A stretch of 45,109 nt of DNA from Acaryochloridaceae cyanobacterium VAR_48_metabat_390 (GCA_031422435.1 JANPLU010000096.1:1-45109); one strand, 5' to 3'; counted from the first letter of the stretch, positions 19,403-30,356 are shown. The notes: a model not told the origin generated them from the letters alone. Program-made: numbers and translations.

Positions 19403-20719
19403 ATGACAGAACGCAAACGGAATCCAGAAGAAATTCTGGAGGACATGCTGAGCAAGCATGTTTTATTTGAGAAACTTGAGGTAGCAACCGGAGTGCTAGC
19501 AGGGGCGGGCACAATTGCACTTGGCGTGATGCGAGATGCCGCCATCGTTGCCGCTGCACCGCTCACCATTGCCATCGCTTTAAACTACTTCAATCGATTA
19601 CGGATGGGGCAAATTAGCCGATATCAAACCCATGTCGAAGTTGCTGAAGTTCAGCGCCGACTGTCCAGTGAAATTCAGGGTATGAAGCCCTTGGGTTCTG
19701 GCGAAGTGGGTGTGGTCAGCACAGGTCAAATGGAAAATGCCGTTGCAGATCTTGCCGAAAAAATTGCGGTACTAGAAGCACAGCAGCAGCTTGGTTCCAA
19801 TGCTTCGGGGTCAGAGCAAATGACCGAAGAATTGGTGCAGTTACGCAATCATCAGTTGGACTTGTCTCAGTCTCTAGAAGCAATTAATCAACAGATTAAG
19901 AGCATTCCTACCGTGGCGCCTAGTGCATCTGTTGACTTGGATGTCCTCCGTCAGGAGTTTCAGGGTCTGCTTCACCCTGTTCAGCAAAATTTAGTGGATC
20001 TTGAGTCTCGAGTTTTGTCTAGCCCAGCGGCTGCCGCTGGCGCAGAATCTTTCGACGCAGAGCCTTTACGCGCAGAACTATCTGCACTTATTGCACCTGT
20101 TCAGCAGCAGGTACATTCCCTCGAAGAACGTCTTTCTACCGTTCAAGGTAATGCTGCGTCCTCTGGTGACGCTGAGGCACTGCAAATGGTCAATGGTCAA
20201 GTTTATTCTCTCAATGAGCGGCTCGATAACGTTGTCGCTCAGCTTTCTGCTGAAATTGCTGGCTTTCAGCAGTCGGTACAGCACACTCAAGAGCGGATGC
20301 AGATTGTGCATCAACAGGTTGAGGCCGTGCATCAAAATGTATCCGCTGCGCCTGCGCCAGGGCTTGCTCCAGAAGCCATTCAGCAAGAAGTACAGTCTAT
20401 CGTTGGCCCTCTGCGAGAGCAGCTTACTGTTTTAGAGCAGCGTCTTGGCGGTCTGGCTGTGGCGGATCCCCAAGCGGCTCAGATCCAGGCAGAGCAGATG
20501 GTGAGTCTTCAAAACCAGCTCAATAGCACCAATGGTGCGATTGAGGATATGGCAACCCATTTAACCGAGCATCTCACTACTGAACTCTCAAAAATTCCGC
20601 AGATGGTTGAAAGCCATGTGGAACGAAAGGTGGGTCAGCTTCAGCCAGCAGCACCTGTCGATAAAAAGCAGGATGCCCTTTCTGAACTAGACGCAATTTT
20701 GGCAGATATTAATTTGTAA
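19403..20719 (+). CDS. Membrane-anchored long coiled-coil protein, function unknown
   Basis: N-terminal hydrophobic hairpin, then Q/E/L heptad segments with internal repeats (..PVQQNLVDLESR, ..PVQQQVHSLEERL, ..PLREQLTVLEQRL). Confidence 0.8.
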   Translation: MTERKRNPEEILEDMLSKHVLFEKLEVATGVLAGAGTIALGVMRDAAIVAAAPLTIAIALNYFNRLRMGQISRYQTHVEVAEVQRRLSSEIQGMKPLGSGEVGVVSTGQMENAVADLAEKIAVLEAQQQLGSNASGSEQMTEELVQLRNHQLDLSQSLEAINQQIKSIPTVAPSASVDLDVLRQEFQGLLHPVQQNLVDLESRVLSSPAAAAGAESFDAEPLRAELSALIAPVQQQVHSLEERLSTVQGNAASSGDAEALQMVNGQVYSLNERLDNVVAQLSAEIAGFQQSVQHTQERMQIVHQQVEAVHQNVSAAPAPGLAPEAIQQEVQSIVGPLREQLTVLEQRLGGLAVADPQAAQIQAEQMVSLQNQLNSTNGAIEDMATHLTEHLTTELSKIPQMVESHVERKVGQLQPAAPVDKKQDALSELDAILADINL

Positions 20720-20740
20720 TTTTTAACAAAACTATATTGA

Positions 20741-20780
20741 CAAAATAGGGAGCCGAAATATATCTCGGCTCCCTATTTTG
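20741..20780. terminator. Bidirectional intrinsic terminator
   Basis: CAAAATAGGGAGCCGA-N8-TCGGCTCCCTATTTTG between convergent genes. Confidence 0.85.
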
Positions 20781-20792
20781 TGGCTGAAGCCT

Positions 20793-22148
20793 TTAGCTAC
20801 AAAGAGATTGGAGCGTGGCGGCAAAGGTGGGGTAGGAAATGGCTGCGGCTTCGGCGCGATGAATGGTTGTTGTGCCTGTGGCAACAAGGGCGGCGATCGC
20901 CAAGCTCATGGCAATGCGATGGTCGGTAAAGCTGTCTACTTCGGCACCTTTGAGGGGTTGCCCTCCTGTGATTTCTAGACCATCGGGTCGTTCTGTAACC
21001 TGTGCGCCCATGCGGTTAAGCTGGGATGCAATGGCAGAGAGGCGATCGCTCTCTTTCACCCGTAGTTCTTGGGCATCTCGAATAACGGTTGTGCCCTGTG
21101 CCATTGTCGCTGCCACCGTTAACACCGGAATTTCATCAATCAGACGCGGCAGAATTGCCCCCTCAATTACACAGGCTTTGAGTTGACTAGAGCGCACCCG
21201 CAGATCCGCCACTGGTTCTCCGGCGGCTTCACGGCGATTTTCCAGGGTGATATCTGCACCCATTTCGAGCAGAATATCAAGGATGCCTGTACGAGTGGGG
21301 TTGATGCCCACATTCTCAATGAGCAGGTTAGAGTCGGGCACAATGGCACCTGCCACCAACCAGAAAGCCGCTGAGCTGATATCCCCTGGCACGATCACAG
21401 ACTGCCCCTGAAGCTTCGCCGGCCCCACCACTGTGGCGCTGCAACGCTCTGGATCGACGATAATTTCTGCACCAAAGGCTCTAAACATTCGCTCGGAGTG
21501 GTCGCGCGAAAGGGCAGGTTCGGTGACAGTGGTTTGGCCTTCGGTCATGAGTCCTGCGAGTAATACGGCAGATTTGACCTGCGCGGAGGCGATGGGGGAT
21601 TGGTAATGAATGGGCTTAAGCTGTTGTCCTTTAATGGCAAGGGGTGCGAGGGTATCGCCTTTACGCCCCCAGATTTGGGCACCCATTTGGCATAGGGGTG
21701 TGACTACTCGACCCATAGGCCGCGATCGCAGTGAATCATCGCCCGTAACCGTAAAAAAGCGACCTGCATGGGAGGCCAAGATGCCCATCATGAGCCGCAG
21801 CGTCGTACCCGAATTGCCGGCATCTAACACTTGGTTTGGTTCTTGCAGTAGCCCTAATCCCAGCCCTTGAACTGTGACCAGCTCTGTATTTAGTGCTGAA
21901 ATCTGGGCACCCATCGCCCGAAAGCAGGCCGCTGTACTGCGTGGATCTTCGCCCAGCAGCAGCCCCCGAATGGTCGTTTCGCCTGTGGCGAGTGCGCCCA
22001 GCATAAGGGCACGATGGGAAATGGATTTATCGCCAGGGATTTGGAGGGTGCCCTGGAGCGCAATGGGAGTATGGGCAGCAGACTGAATATGCCAAGTGGC
22101 GGCGGCAGATTCTGGGGAAGTGGCAATGGTGAGAACGGGGGCTGACAT
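20793..22148 (-). CDS. aroA: 3-phosphoshikimate 1-carboxyvinyltransferase (EPSP synthase)
   Basis: [48 protein letters not shown]. Confidence 0.98.
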   Translation of the reverse strand: MSAPVLTIATSPESAAATWHIQSAAHTPIALQGTLQIPGDKSISHRALMLGALATGETTIRGLLLGEDPRSTAACFRAMGAQISALNTELVTVQGLGLGLLQEPNQVLDAGNSGTTLRLMMGILASHAGRFFTVTGDDSLRSRPMGRVVTPLCQMGAQIWGRKGDTLAPLAIKGQQLKPIHYQSPIASAQVKSAVLLAGLMTEGQTTVTEPALSRDHSERMFRAFGAEIIVDPERCSATVVGPAKLQGQSVIVPGDISSAAFWLVAGAIVPDSNLLIENVGINPTRTGILDILLEMGADITLENRREAAGEPVADLRVRSSQLKACVIEGAILPRLIDEIPVLTVAATMAQGTTVIRDAQELRVKESDRLSAIASQLNRMGAQVTERPDGLEITGGQPLKGAEVDSFTDHRIAMSLAIAALVATGTTTIHRAEAAAISYPTFAATLQSLCS

Positions 22149-22296
22149 GAATGACTTGGGGGTGAGGGGCGATCGCAATCCTACCGCGTTTTTTGAGGGT
22201 CATGGCTGATGCTTCCTGCATGGCGATAGAGCGAGGGCTGGTGTTATGACAGCCTGTAAAATGAAATCTTCAACGTTTGTAGAGTAAAGCCAATCC

Positions 22297-23079
22297 ATGC
22301 AGGCCATTAAAGATCGCATTGTTTTGATCACGGGTGCCAGCAGCGGCATTGGTGAAGCTTGCGCCTATGCGTTTGCAGAGGTAGGGGGGCGGTTAATTTT
22401 GACCGCACGGCGATCGCCCCGTCTAGAAACCCTCAAAACCCAGCTCGAGCAGCAGTTCAAAGCTGAAGTGTTGTTGCTCACCTTCGACGTGCGCAATCGC
22501 CCTTCCGTCACCATCGCCCTCGAAAGTTTGCCCCCGCAATGGCAGAGCATCGACATTTTGATCAACAACGCAGGGCTAAGCCGAGGTTTAGACAAACTCT
22601 ACGAAGGCAACATCCAAGACTGGGAAGAAATGATCGACACCAATATTAAGGGTCTGCTGTATGTGACCAGGGCGATCGCCCCTGGGATGGTGGCGCGTGG
22701 GCAAGGTCATGTGATCAACCTAGGATCTATCGCTGGGCATGAAACCTACCCAAAGGGCAACGTTTATTGCGCTACCAAGGCAGCAGTTCGAGCCATTTCT
22801 GAAGGGTTAAAGCAAGATTTGTTGGGCACTCCTGTTAGAGTTTCCTCCGTAGATCCAGGATTGGTAGAAACAGAGTTTAGCCAGGTGCGGTTTCATGGCG
22901 ATACGGATCGCGCCAAAACCGTCTACGCTGGCATGAAGCCGTTGACGGCTCAAGATGTAGCGGAAGTGATTTTATTTTGTGCGACTCGTCCTGCCCATGT
23001 GAACATCAGCGAAGTGTTGGTAGTGCCGACGGCTCAATCTGGGGCAACTTTGGTTGATCGCACTCTCGGTCAAGCTTAA
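22297..23079 (+). CDS. SDR oxidoreductase (YdfG-like)
   Basis: TGASSGIG, INNAG, YCATK, DPGLVETEFS. Confidence 0.93.
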   Translation: MQAIKDRIVLITGASSGIGEACAYAFAEVGGRLILTARRSPRLETLKTQLEQQFKAEVLLLTFDVRNRPSVTIALESLPPQWQSIDILINNAGLSRGLDKLYEGNIQDWEEMIDTNIKGLLYVTRAIAPGMVARGQGHVINLGSIAGHETYPKGNVYCATKAAVRAISEGLKQDLLGTPVRVSSVDPGLVETEFSQVRFHGDTDRAKTVYAGMKPLTAQDVAEVILFCATRPAHVNISEVLVVPTAQSGATLVDRTLGQA

Positions 23080-23639
23080 AATAGCCCTGCGATCGCACAG
23101 CTAAACCCTGGCAAGAGCGGGCTAGTGAGAATGTCTGACGAAAAGAGCGTCAATGTCTGCTTGAGAACGCCTTCTTCTCGGCGGTAAATGGCGATCACCT
23201 GTGCTTCACGGTCTACAATCCAATACTCCAAAACGCCCTGAGCCGAATAAAGCTTGAGCTTCGTTTCGCGATCGCGTTTTTTGTCTTTTTCCGTTTTCGA
23301 CAAAACCTCCACAACCAGCTCTGGAGAACCCGTTAAATGTCCCGCATTATCCATTAGCCTTGATTTTCGCTCATGGCTAATCCAGATCAAGTCCGGTATC
23401 ACCGCATTTTCTGGGGAGAAGCAGACACCAGGCGCTAAAAAGGGTTTACCTTTATGACTATGTAAAGACCAGCTTAGTAACGCAGCATAGAGATTTCCAA
23501 CAGAATCTTGATGATCGAGGTGGAGCGCACCCGTTGTAAAAAGTTCTCCGTCAATAATTTCATAACGGCTGCCATTATCAGGAAAGCCTTCTAAGTCGGA
23601 AACTGTCCAACGAAGCTGCTTAGACACAGCAGTTGTCAT
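23076..23639 (-). CDS. Uma2-family PD-(D/E)xK endonuclease-like protein
   Basis: RYEIIDGEL, VIPDL, PELVVEVLS, DRETKLKLY..GVLEYWIVD, SPLLPGF. Confidence 0.93.
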   Translation of the reverse strand: MTTAVSKQLRWTVSDLEGFPDNGSRYEIIDGELFTTGALHLDHQDSVGNLYAALLSWSLHSHKGKPFLAPGVCFSPENAVIPDLIWISHERKSRLMDNAGHLTGSPELVVEVLSKTEKDKKRDRETKLKLYSAQGVLEYWIVDREAQVIAIYRREEGVLKQTLTLFSSDILTSPLLPGFSCAIAGLF

Positions 23640-23668
23640 CAGCGTTCCTCCACTCGATACTTACTGCT

Positions 23669-23893
23669 TTATTCTGGCATTTTGCCTTGGGCCATTGCTT
23701 CACGCATTAATTTAGGCCACAGCAGCACAAAGAACCCCATCCATACGCCGATGGGTACGGTGACCAAGCCCGTCACCCATACCCTATGAAACAGTAGCCA
23801 GCTCCCGCCAATGATGCTGAACCCCGTAAGCAAAATAGTCCAGGGTTGGCACCAGCGCGGTTTGTCACTCCAAGGGTTGTAGTTAGTGTTCAT
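23669..23893 (-). CDS. Small conserved membrane protein (DUF6737-like)
   Basis: NPWSDKPRWCQPWTILLTG motif with two TM helices, directly downstream of ndhM. Confidence 0.8.
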   Translation of the reverse strand: MNTNYNPWSDKPRWCQPWTILLTGFSIIGGSWLLFHRVWVTGLVTVPIGVWMGFFVLLWPKLMREAMAQGKMPE

Positions 23894-23896
23894 GAG

Positions 23897-24232
23897 CTAC
23901 TGCTGCACAACCTGTGGTAAGCCCATGCTGTAGTTCGTCACGCGGCTGTTGAGGTTGTAGCCGATTAAGCCCTTCTGGAGCAGCGATCGCACAAAATGCT
24001 CTAGGTCTGAGCCAATGCGGCGTAGATTGTAGTCCGTTAAATCTTCACCATCGGACGCTTCAACCAGCTCATCAAATTTTTGATAAATTCGCTGAAGCGC
24101 GTCTTCGTTCCACTCCAGCTCATTGTCTGGATCAACATCAAGGGTCAATACCTTATCGTTGGGCACAAGCTGATTATCCGTAACCTCAGCCGTAAAAATA
24201 TGAATGTGGCGCGTGGTGGATTTGAGTAACAT
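23897..24232 (-). CDS. ndhM: NDH-1 subunit M
   Basis: MLLKSTTRHIHIFTA, LTLDVDPDNE, YNLRRIGSDLEHF, NYSMGLP. Confidence 0.96.
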   Translation of the reverse strand: MLLKSTTRHIHIFTAEVTDNQLVPNDKVLTLDVDPDNELEWNEDALQRIYQKFDELVEASDGEDLTDYNLRRIGSDLEHFVRSLLQKGLIGYNLNSRVTNYSMGLPQVVQQ

Positions 24233-24263
24233 CGCTGGCTTCCGCTTTGTGCAATTCCAACTG

Positions 24264-25094
24264 CTATTGTAAACCGTTGCTTGGTGAATCGAGCAGGTAA
24301 GAACACCAGTCACTCCAACTGCCCACATAAAGCTTACCCGTCTGGATGCCAGCAGCTTCTAGGGCAAACAGGTTGACACATGCCGTCACACCCGAACCGC
24401 AATAGACAATAACTTCATCGGCAGTTGCAACCTCTAACCAGTATTGCTGAAGGTCTTGAGGCGACAGCAGCCGTCCCGCCTCATCTGTCACCTGCTGCCA
24501 CGGATAGTTCACCGCTCCAGGGATATGCCCTGCCACAGGGTCAATCGGCTCCCGCTCCCCCCGATAGCGATCGCCCTCCCGTGAATCTATCAGCTTGATA
24601 TGGGGCTGATACTGCCGCTGCTGTACACCTTCTCGATCCACCGCCATCGTAAGCCGTAGCTTAGGCATAAAGGCTTCACTGCGCTGTGCCGGAACTTCTT
24701 GAGTAATCGGCAAGCCAGCCGCTTGATAGGCAGAGAACCCGCCGTCTAAGATTGCGATGCGATCATGCCCCATATATTTCAGCAGCCACCAGAGCCGCGA
24801 GGCAAACGCAAAACGACTGTCATCATAGGCCACCACTAACGTTTCAGCGGTCACACCCATCCGCGATAGCTTTGCCGCGATAGCAGAAATTTCTGGCAGC
24901 GGATGACGACCGCCGTGGGGCTGTACTGGGCTGGCAAGATCTTGGTTAAGATCGAGGTAATGCGCGCTAGGGATATGGCCTTCAAGGTATTGCCGATAGC
25001 CTAACTGTGGCTCAGCAAGCGCAAACCGACAGTCTACAATGACTAAGCCTTCTGAGGCGCGATGGGTAGCTAACCAATCGGGTGAAACCAGCAT
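24264..25094 (-). CDS. Tandem-rhodanese sulfurtransferase
   Basis: GHIPSA, GGRHPLP, RLWWLL, GHIPGAVN, YCGSGVTAC, YVGSWSDW. Confidence 0.93.
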   Translation of the reverse strand: MLVSPDWLATHRASEGLVIVDCRFALAEPQLGYRQYLEGHIPSAHYLDLNQDLASPVQPHGGRHPLPEISAIAAKLSRMGVTAETLVVAYDDSRFAFASRLWWLLKYMGHDRIAILDGGFSAYQAAGLPITQEVPAQRSEAFMPKLRLTMAVDREGVQQRQYQPHIKLIDSREGDRYRGEREPIDPVAGHIPGAVNYPWQQVTDEAGRLLSPQDLQQYWLEVATADEVIVYCGSGVTACVNLFALEAAGIQTGKLYVGSWSDWCSYLLDSPSNGLQ

Positions 25095-25110
25095 AGGGCA
25101 GAACAACTCA

Positions 25111-25140
25111 CAAAAAAGCCGAGGAAACCCTCGGTTTTTG
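25111..25140. terminator. Intrinsic terminator-like hairpin
   Basis: AAAAAAGCCGAGG-AAAC-CCTCGGTTTTTG, with T-tracts on both strands. Confidence 0.7.
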
Positions 25141-25177
25141 ATCTCAACATTAAAAACGCTACTTTCAGCTAAATCTG

Positions 25178-25414
25178 TTAAGACTGCCGAGAAACATACT
25201 TCTCAAAGGTAGCCTGAGTTTGATGTAGCAGCGCTTCACGGCTGTCGCCGCCGCCGCTGAGGGAAGGCACTAAATTTCGAGCCTGTAAAGTCATGTGGAG
25301 CTGTAGATTGGCTACATAGTCGCTCAGGTCTTCGCGAAAGGCCGAGGGGGTAGCTTGCGGTGTATCGAATTGCAAGGGGATCTCCTTTCTGAATACTGCG
25401 TCATGGTTTGACAT
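25178..25414 (-). CDS. Small hypothetical protein
   Basis: 78-aa ORF, LSDYVANLQLHMTLQARNLVP..LLHQTQATFEKYVSRQ, followed by a terminator. Confidence 0.7.
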   Translation of the reverse strand: MSNHDAVFRKEIPLQFDTPQATPSAFREDLSDYVANLQLHMTLQARNLVPSLSGGGDSREALLHQTQATFEKYVSRQS

Positions 25415-25663
25415 TACAAAACCTATCACTTGCGAGGGCACAACTTTTTCTTTTGCAATGAAGGGTTACACTTCACGGAAAGATTGTTGAGAATCGTAAA
25501 CTTGAAGACTGGGCTTTTGCCATCCAGTCATTTACGGTAACGCATTTAAAGGGGGTGATGCATCGGCGCTGTGTACCTTCAATTCTGCGGTAGTGTAGCA
25601 ATGATGGCGCTAACGCCCTGCTTTTTACTCTAGGCTAAGCAGCTTAGAACTCAGGTTTCATCT

Positions 25664-26152
25664 ATGGATCATCGACAGGTTCGATTTTGTGAAGGGCTAA
25701 CGCCGCACCCATCCGCAGCCACAACCGCAGCAGATTTGGCGCAGCTTCAGGCGCTGTTTCAGGTGGCGGCCTTTTGGGCACAAGATCGGACTGCCGAAGA
25801 TTTGGGAATTGCGATCGCCCACAGCAACCCCGTCATTAGCGTTTGGGCAGGCGATGCCCTCATCGGGTTTGCCCGTGCCACCTCAGACGGCATCTATCGC
25901 GCCACCATTTGGGATGTGGTGATCCACCCCGAGTACCGCAGTTCTGGTCTAGGGCGACAGTTGGTGCAGACGCTCTTAGCGCATCCTCACCTCAATCGAG
26001 TCGAGCGCGTTTATCTTATGACTACCCACCAACAGCGGTTCTATGAGCGGATTGGCTTTGAAGCGAGTCCTAGTTCTACATTGGTGCTGTGTCAACAAAA
26101 CGGAACTCCTGTAGCATCCTGGGTGACAGAAATCAGTCAGGCCACCTCATAG
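25664..26152 (+). CDS. GNAT N-acetyltransferase
   Basis: LIGFARATSDG, WDVVIHPEYRSSGLGRQL, FYERIGF. Confidence 0.92.
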   Translation: MDHRQVRFCEGLTPHPSAATTAADLAQLQALFQVAAFWAQDRTAEDLGIAIAHSNPVISVWAGDALIGFARATSDGIYRATIWDVVIHPEYRSSGLGRQLVQTLLAHPHLNRVERVYLMTTHQQRFYERIGFEASPSSTLVLCQQNGTPVASWVTEISQATS

Positions 26153-26206
26153 ATTGTGTATGAACCATTCTGGTTTTTAGAACTTTTGTAGGATTTGGCG
26201 CAAAAA

Positions 26207-26249
26207 GTAATGAGTCAGACGTAAATGGATCATTATTCCGTTTTACCGT
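26207..26249 (+). promoter_or_regulatory. Possible NtcA-activated promoter of icd
   Basis: GTA-N8-GAC (one mismatch to GTA-N8-TAC), then 23 nt, then TACCGT (TAN3T). icd is NtcA-regulated in model cyanobacteria. Confidence 0.35.
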
Positions 26250-26258
26250 AGTGACTTA

Positions 26259-26411
26259 ACGTGAGTTCGACAGAATCGAAGTCCCCTCATCCTCCCAGCC
26301 TCCTTCTCCCGCAGGATAAGGAGGAGCTAATCAAAAATCAAGGCTTCTAAGCCCCTCTCCTGCGGGAGAGGGGTTGGGGGTGAGGGTCTTAATGCATCAT
26401 CGAACTCGCGT
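26259..26411. mobile_element. MITE-like element, copy 2, with target-site duplication
   Basis: Ends ACGTGAGTTCGA / TCGAACTCGCGT, flanked by direct repeat TGACTTA at 26252-26258 and 26412-26418. Confidence 0.85.
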
Positions 26412-26468
26412 TGACTTAGTCTCAATTGCCAAAGCAGCAACCCAAAGCAGCAACCTATAGGGAAATCC

Positions 26469-28691
26469 ATGACTCATAAAATTGTTTATACATTTACAGA
26501 TGAAGCGCCTGCTTTGGCAACCTATTCTTTGCTCCCCATTATCAAAGTCTTTACAGATGCGGCGGATGTGGCTGTAGAAACCAGCGATATCTCCCTAGCG
26601 GGTCGCATTATTGCTACCTTTCCAGAAAATCTAACCGAGTCCCAGCGTCAGCCCGATGCGCTGACGCAACTGGGTGAACTGGCTAAAACGCCGGAAGCCA
26701 ACATCATTAAGCTGCCCAATATCAGCGCCTCCCTGCCGCAGCTCACGGCAGCGATTAAAGAACTTCAGGGTCAAGGATACGACATCCCTAACTACCCTGC
26801 TGAACCCAAAACGGAGGCTGAAGCAGCAACCAAAGCACGCTATGCCAAAGTGCTGGGCAGTGCCGTTAACCCTGTGCTGCGCGAAGGCAACTCAGATCGA
26901 CGGGTCGCAGCAGCAGTAAAGCAGTATGCACAAAAGAACCCGCACTCGGTTGGGGCATGGATACCGGACTCGCGATCGCATGTTGCCCACATGGATGGCG
27001 GCGATTTTTATGGCACTGAGCAATCGGTGGTGATGGAAAAAGCAGGCAATGTCAAAGTGGAGCTGGTTGCAAAAGAGGGTTCGATTACCGTCCTCAAAGA
27101 AAAAACAGCCTTGCTCGAAGGGGAAGTGATTGACGCAGCCGTCATGAGCGTCAGCGCACTGCGAGCCTTCTATGAAAAAGAGATGAGCGCTGCAAAAGCA
27201 GAAGACATCCTGCTTTCGCTCCACGTTAAAGCGACGATGATGAAAGTCTCTGACCCCATCCTTTTTGGACATGCCGTTACCGTTTATTACAAAGACGTTT
27301 TTACGAAGTACGCCGATACCTTTGCGAAATTAAGCATTACCCCCAACAACGGACTGGGAGATCTGTACGCAAAAATCCAGGCTCTCCCTGAGGATGAGCG
27401 TGAGGCGATCGCCGCAGACCTAAAAGCCACCTACGAAACCCGTCCTAAACTGGCAATGGTCAACTCTGACAAAGGGATTACTAATCTCCATGTCCCGAGC
27501 GATGTGATTATTGATGCTTCGATGGCGGCTGCCATTCGCACCTCTGGCAAAATGTGGGGGCCAGACGGCAAAGCGGCGGATACTAAGGCGATGATTCCCG
27601 ACCGTTGCTATGCCACGATTTACCAAGAAATTATTAAATTCTGCCAAGAACAGGGGGCATTTGATGTCACCACCATGGGGAATGTTGCCAACGTGGGCTT
27701 AATGGCCCAAAAAGCAGAAGAGTATGGTTCCCACGATAAAACCTTTGAAATTCCTTTGGATGGAACGGTGCGGGTTGTGGATGCTGCGGGACAGGTTTTG
27801 ATGAAGCATCCCGTCGAAAAAGGGGATATCTGGCGCATGTGCCAAACCAAAGATTTACCTATCCAAGATTGGGTAAAATTGGCGGTTAGTCGTGCGAAAG
27901 CCACTGGCTCACCCACCATTTTTTGGCTCGATCCAAACCGTGCCCACGATGCCAATCTGATTAGGAAGGTCAATCAATATTTGTCTGGTTACGACATTGC
28001 CGAACTTGAAATCAAAATCATGTCTCCTGTGGAGGCCATGCGCTTCACCTGCGAACAGATCAAGGTAGGCAAAAACGTGATTTCGGTCACTGGCAACGTT
28101 TTAAGGGACTATTTAACCGACCTTTTCCCGATTCTTGAGCTGGGCACCAGTGCAAAAATGCTGTCTATTGTGCCGCTGCTGGCGGGTGGGGGTTTGTTTG
28201 AAACGGGAGCTGGCGGCTCTGCGCCCAAGCATGTGCAGCAATTTGTGAACGAAGGGCATCTACGTTGGGATTCTTTGGGCGAATTTTTGGCACTTGCCGT
28301 AGCGCTAGAAGATTTAGCAACAAAAACGAACAATGAAAATGCCTTGATTTTGGCAGAAGCCCTCAACAAAGCCAACGGTCAATACCTAGACAACTCCAAG
28401 TCTCCTTCCTCTCGGGTCAATGAGTTAGACAATCGCGGGGGGCATTTCTATTTGGCAATGTATTGGGCACAGGCACTCGCCGAACAGGATAAAAATGCGG
28501 AACTTAAGACCAAATTTGCGAAGCTTGCCCAACAGCTCGTTGAAAACGAAGCCACCATCTTAGATGAACTCAAGGCGGCTCAAGGCAGTGCGGTAGATAT
28601 AGGAGGTTATTATCATGCTGATGCAGAGAAAACCAGCCATGCCATGCGTCCGAGCGCCACGCTAAATGCGGCGATCGCATCTGCGGCCTAA
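26469..28691 (+). CDS. icd: Monomeric NADP-dependent isocitrate dehydrogenase
   Basis: 740 aa; [69 protein letters not shown]. Confidence 0.97.
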   Translation: MTHKIVYTFTDEAPALATYSLLPIIKVFTDAADVAVETSDISLAGRIIATFPENLTESQRQPDALTQLGELAKTPEANIIKLPNISASLPQLTAAIKELQGQGYDIPNYPAEPKTEAEAATKARYAKVLGSAVNPVLREGNSDRRVAAAVKQYAQKNPHSVGAWIPDSRSHVAHMDGGDFYGTEQSVVMEKAGNVKVELVAKEGSITVLKEKTALLEGEVIDAAVMSVSALRAFYEKEMSAAKAEDILLSLHVKATMMKVSDPILFGHAVTVYYKDVFTKYADTFAKLSITPNNGLGDLYAKIQALPEDEREAIAADLKATYETRPKLAMVNSDKGITNLHVPSDVIIDASMAAAIRTSGKMWGPDGKAADTKAMIPDRCYATIYQEIIKFCQEQGAFDVTTMGNVANVGLMAQKAEEYGSHDKTFEIPLDGTVRVVDAAGQVLMKHPVEKGDIWRMCQTKDLPIQDWVKLAVSRAKATGSPTIFWLDPNRAHDANLIRKVNQYLSGYDIAELEIKIMSPVEAMRFTCEQIKVGKNVISVTGNVLRDYLTDLFPILELGTSAKMLSIVPLLAGGGLFETGAGGSAPKHVQQFVNEGHLRWDSLGEFLALAVALEDLATKTNNENALILAEALNKANGQYLDNSKSPSSRVNELDNRGGHFYLAMYWAQALAEQDKNAELKTKFAKLAQQLVENEATILDELKAAQGSAVDIGGYYHADAEKTSHAMRPSATLNAAIASAA

Positions 28692-28710
28692 CAACTGGTC
28701 ATCGGTTTGC

Positions 28711-29475
28711 CTATAGCTTGGCAACCAAAATCGGTTTGCCAACGTGATTTTGGGGCGACTGCGCGTCTTCGATGGTCACGGCTACTGTTGTAACCTGTTC
28801 TTGAGTGCGGAAGGCCGCAGGCAAGACGATGGGCTGTGTGAGCTGCCCTTGGATATCGACCTGAAATGCCTGGACTAGCACAGCGTCTTTTGTATCCTTT
28901 GTAAAGGGAGCCTTCGACTGCAAGACAGTCCACAGCACGTACACTTTACCAGAAGGCACGGGCGGGAGATTTTGAACCGATAGCTTCCCTTCTAAGGTTT
29001 TAGGATTGACCACGACCCTGGCAGAAGCCTGCTGATTGGCAATGGTGGATTGCAGCTCGTAGGTCAACGTGGCAAACTGCTGGGTTTGCGCCTGGCTGAT
29101 TTGCAGCGCTTGAGAAAGACGATAGTTATGAATACCAAGAGCCGCAATGATAGCCACCGCAACACCCTCCAATAAACCTCGCAGAGGAAACCGACGGCGG
29201 CGCGGCGGCAAGCTGACGGCAGCAGCGCTGATGGGCGGGGATGGACTTATTTCGGCACTTTCTAAAATGCGCGATCGCAATTTGACAGAAGGCGCAACCT
29301 CAAATGGGGCATAGGCCGCTTCTAGCGTTGCCTGTAGCTGCATCACTTCGGTGGCGATCGCAGGGTCGTTTGTCAAAAGCTGCTCAAATGCGATCGCTTC
29401 CTCGACACTAAGATCCCCCAAGACATAGCCTGCGACTAATAGCTGTAACTCATCTGAGGGCATCGACATAGCCAT
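28711..29475 (-). CDS. Anti-sigma factor, RskA type
   Basis: LVAGYVLGDLS N-domain, one TM helix, LPPVPSGKVYVLW, AVTIE..P; directly downstream of the sigma gene. Confidence 0.88.
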   Translation of the reverse strand: MAMSMPSDELQLLVAGYVLGDLSVEEAIAFEQLLTNDPAIATEVMQLQATLEAAYAPFEVAPSVKLRSRILESAEISPSPPISAAAVSLPPRRRRFPLRGLLEGVAVAIIAALGIHNYRLSQALQISQAQTQQFATLTYELQSTIANQQASARVVVNPKTLEGKLSVQNLPPVPSGKVYVLWTVLQSKAPFTKDTKDAVLVQAFQVDIQGQLTQPIVLPAAFRTQEQVTTVAVTIEDAQSPQNHVGKPILVAKL

Positions 29476-29486
29476 AGGGAGGGCGC

Positions 29487-30077
29487 TTATTCCGTAAAAG
29501 GGGCAAGAAACTGACGCAGATTTAGCAGACCTCGTCTGGCTCTGGTTTTTACCGTTCCTAGCGGTAACGCCAACTGCTGAGCAATTTCAGATTGGCTAAA
29601 CCCATCGTAATAAGCCAATCGCAAAACCTGCTGCTCTGCTTGTGGCAGTTGTGCTAATGCTTCTTTTACGGCTTGGGACTGTTCTTGTTGAAAGACCTGC
29701 TCGAGGGGAGTTTTGGGCGTTGGCTCCGATGTTTTACTCTGCTGCCAGCGAGAAATTCGCTGACGTGCAGAACTGCGCGACCGGAGCCGATCTAGCGCCC
29801 GAGACTTTGTCAAAATGGCAAGAAAAGTACGGAGCGACCCTCGCTGCGGGTTGTAGGCAGTCCCTTTAATGAGGGTGATAAAGACTTCTTGGGTTAGGTC
29901 TTCTGCTTCTTGGACATTATCTAAGACGTTGAGGGCAAGCCCGTACACCAATCCTGAATGGCGATCGTACAGTACGCTCAGGGCAGAGGTTTGACCACTT
30001 CTGAGGGCAAAGATCAGTTCTGCATCCGTTTGATTTTGCAATGAGGACGCTAAGTTAGAAGACGGCTCAGAAAGCAT
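29487..30077 (-). CDS. ECF sigma-70 factor (SigK-like)
   Basis: LYDRHSGLVY, EAEDLTQEVF, LAYYDGFSQSEIA..PLGTVKTRARRGL. Start at ATG 30077 preferred. Confidence 0.93.
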   Translation of the reverse strand: MLSEPSSNLASSLQNQTDAELIFALRSGQTSALSVLYDRHSGLVYGLALNVLDNVQEAEDLTQEVFITLIKGTAYNPQRGSLRTFLAILTKSRALDRLRSRSSARQRISRWQQSKTSEPTPKTPLEQVFQQEQSQAVKEALAQLPQAEQQVLRLAYYDGFSQSEIAQQLALPLGTVKTRARRGLLNLRQFLAPFTE

Positions 30078-30356
30078 ACCGTATTGGTGAGGGGTAGAGC
30101 AGATTTCCTGACCGGAAATCAACCCAATCAGAGGAGACAACACAGAATCGGGCAGACTTTTGGTGCGCGGCGATCTCCGTTGGCAAACGGTGTCTCTATT
30201 GTGACTGAATTGTGGCTGATCGGATGAATCAGCCTTTAACTCCATCGGATCAGCCATCGGTCAACCGTTAAATCTACCCAATCCTGTGTCGCTACTTGAG
30301 AACCTGTGCAGGCATACTCAGCCTATTTGAGCGCACTGACCTAACGCATTCAGCAC

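Noticed and set aside
23076..23639. Uma2 gene as part of a defence system
   Set aside because: A solitary Uma2 gene is very common in cyanobacteria, and its neighbours here are housekeeping genes.
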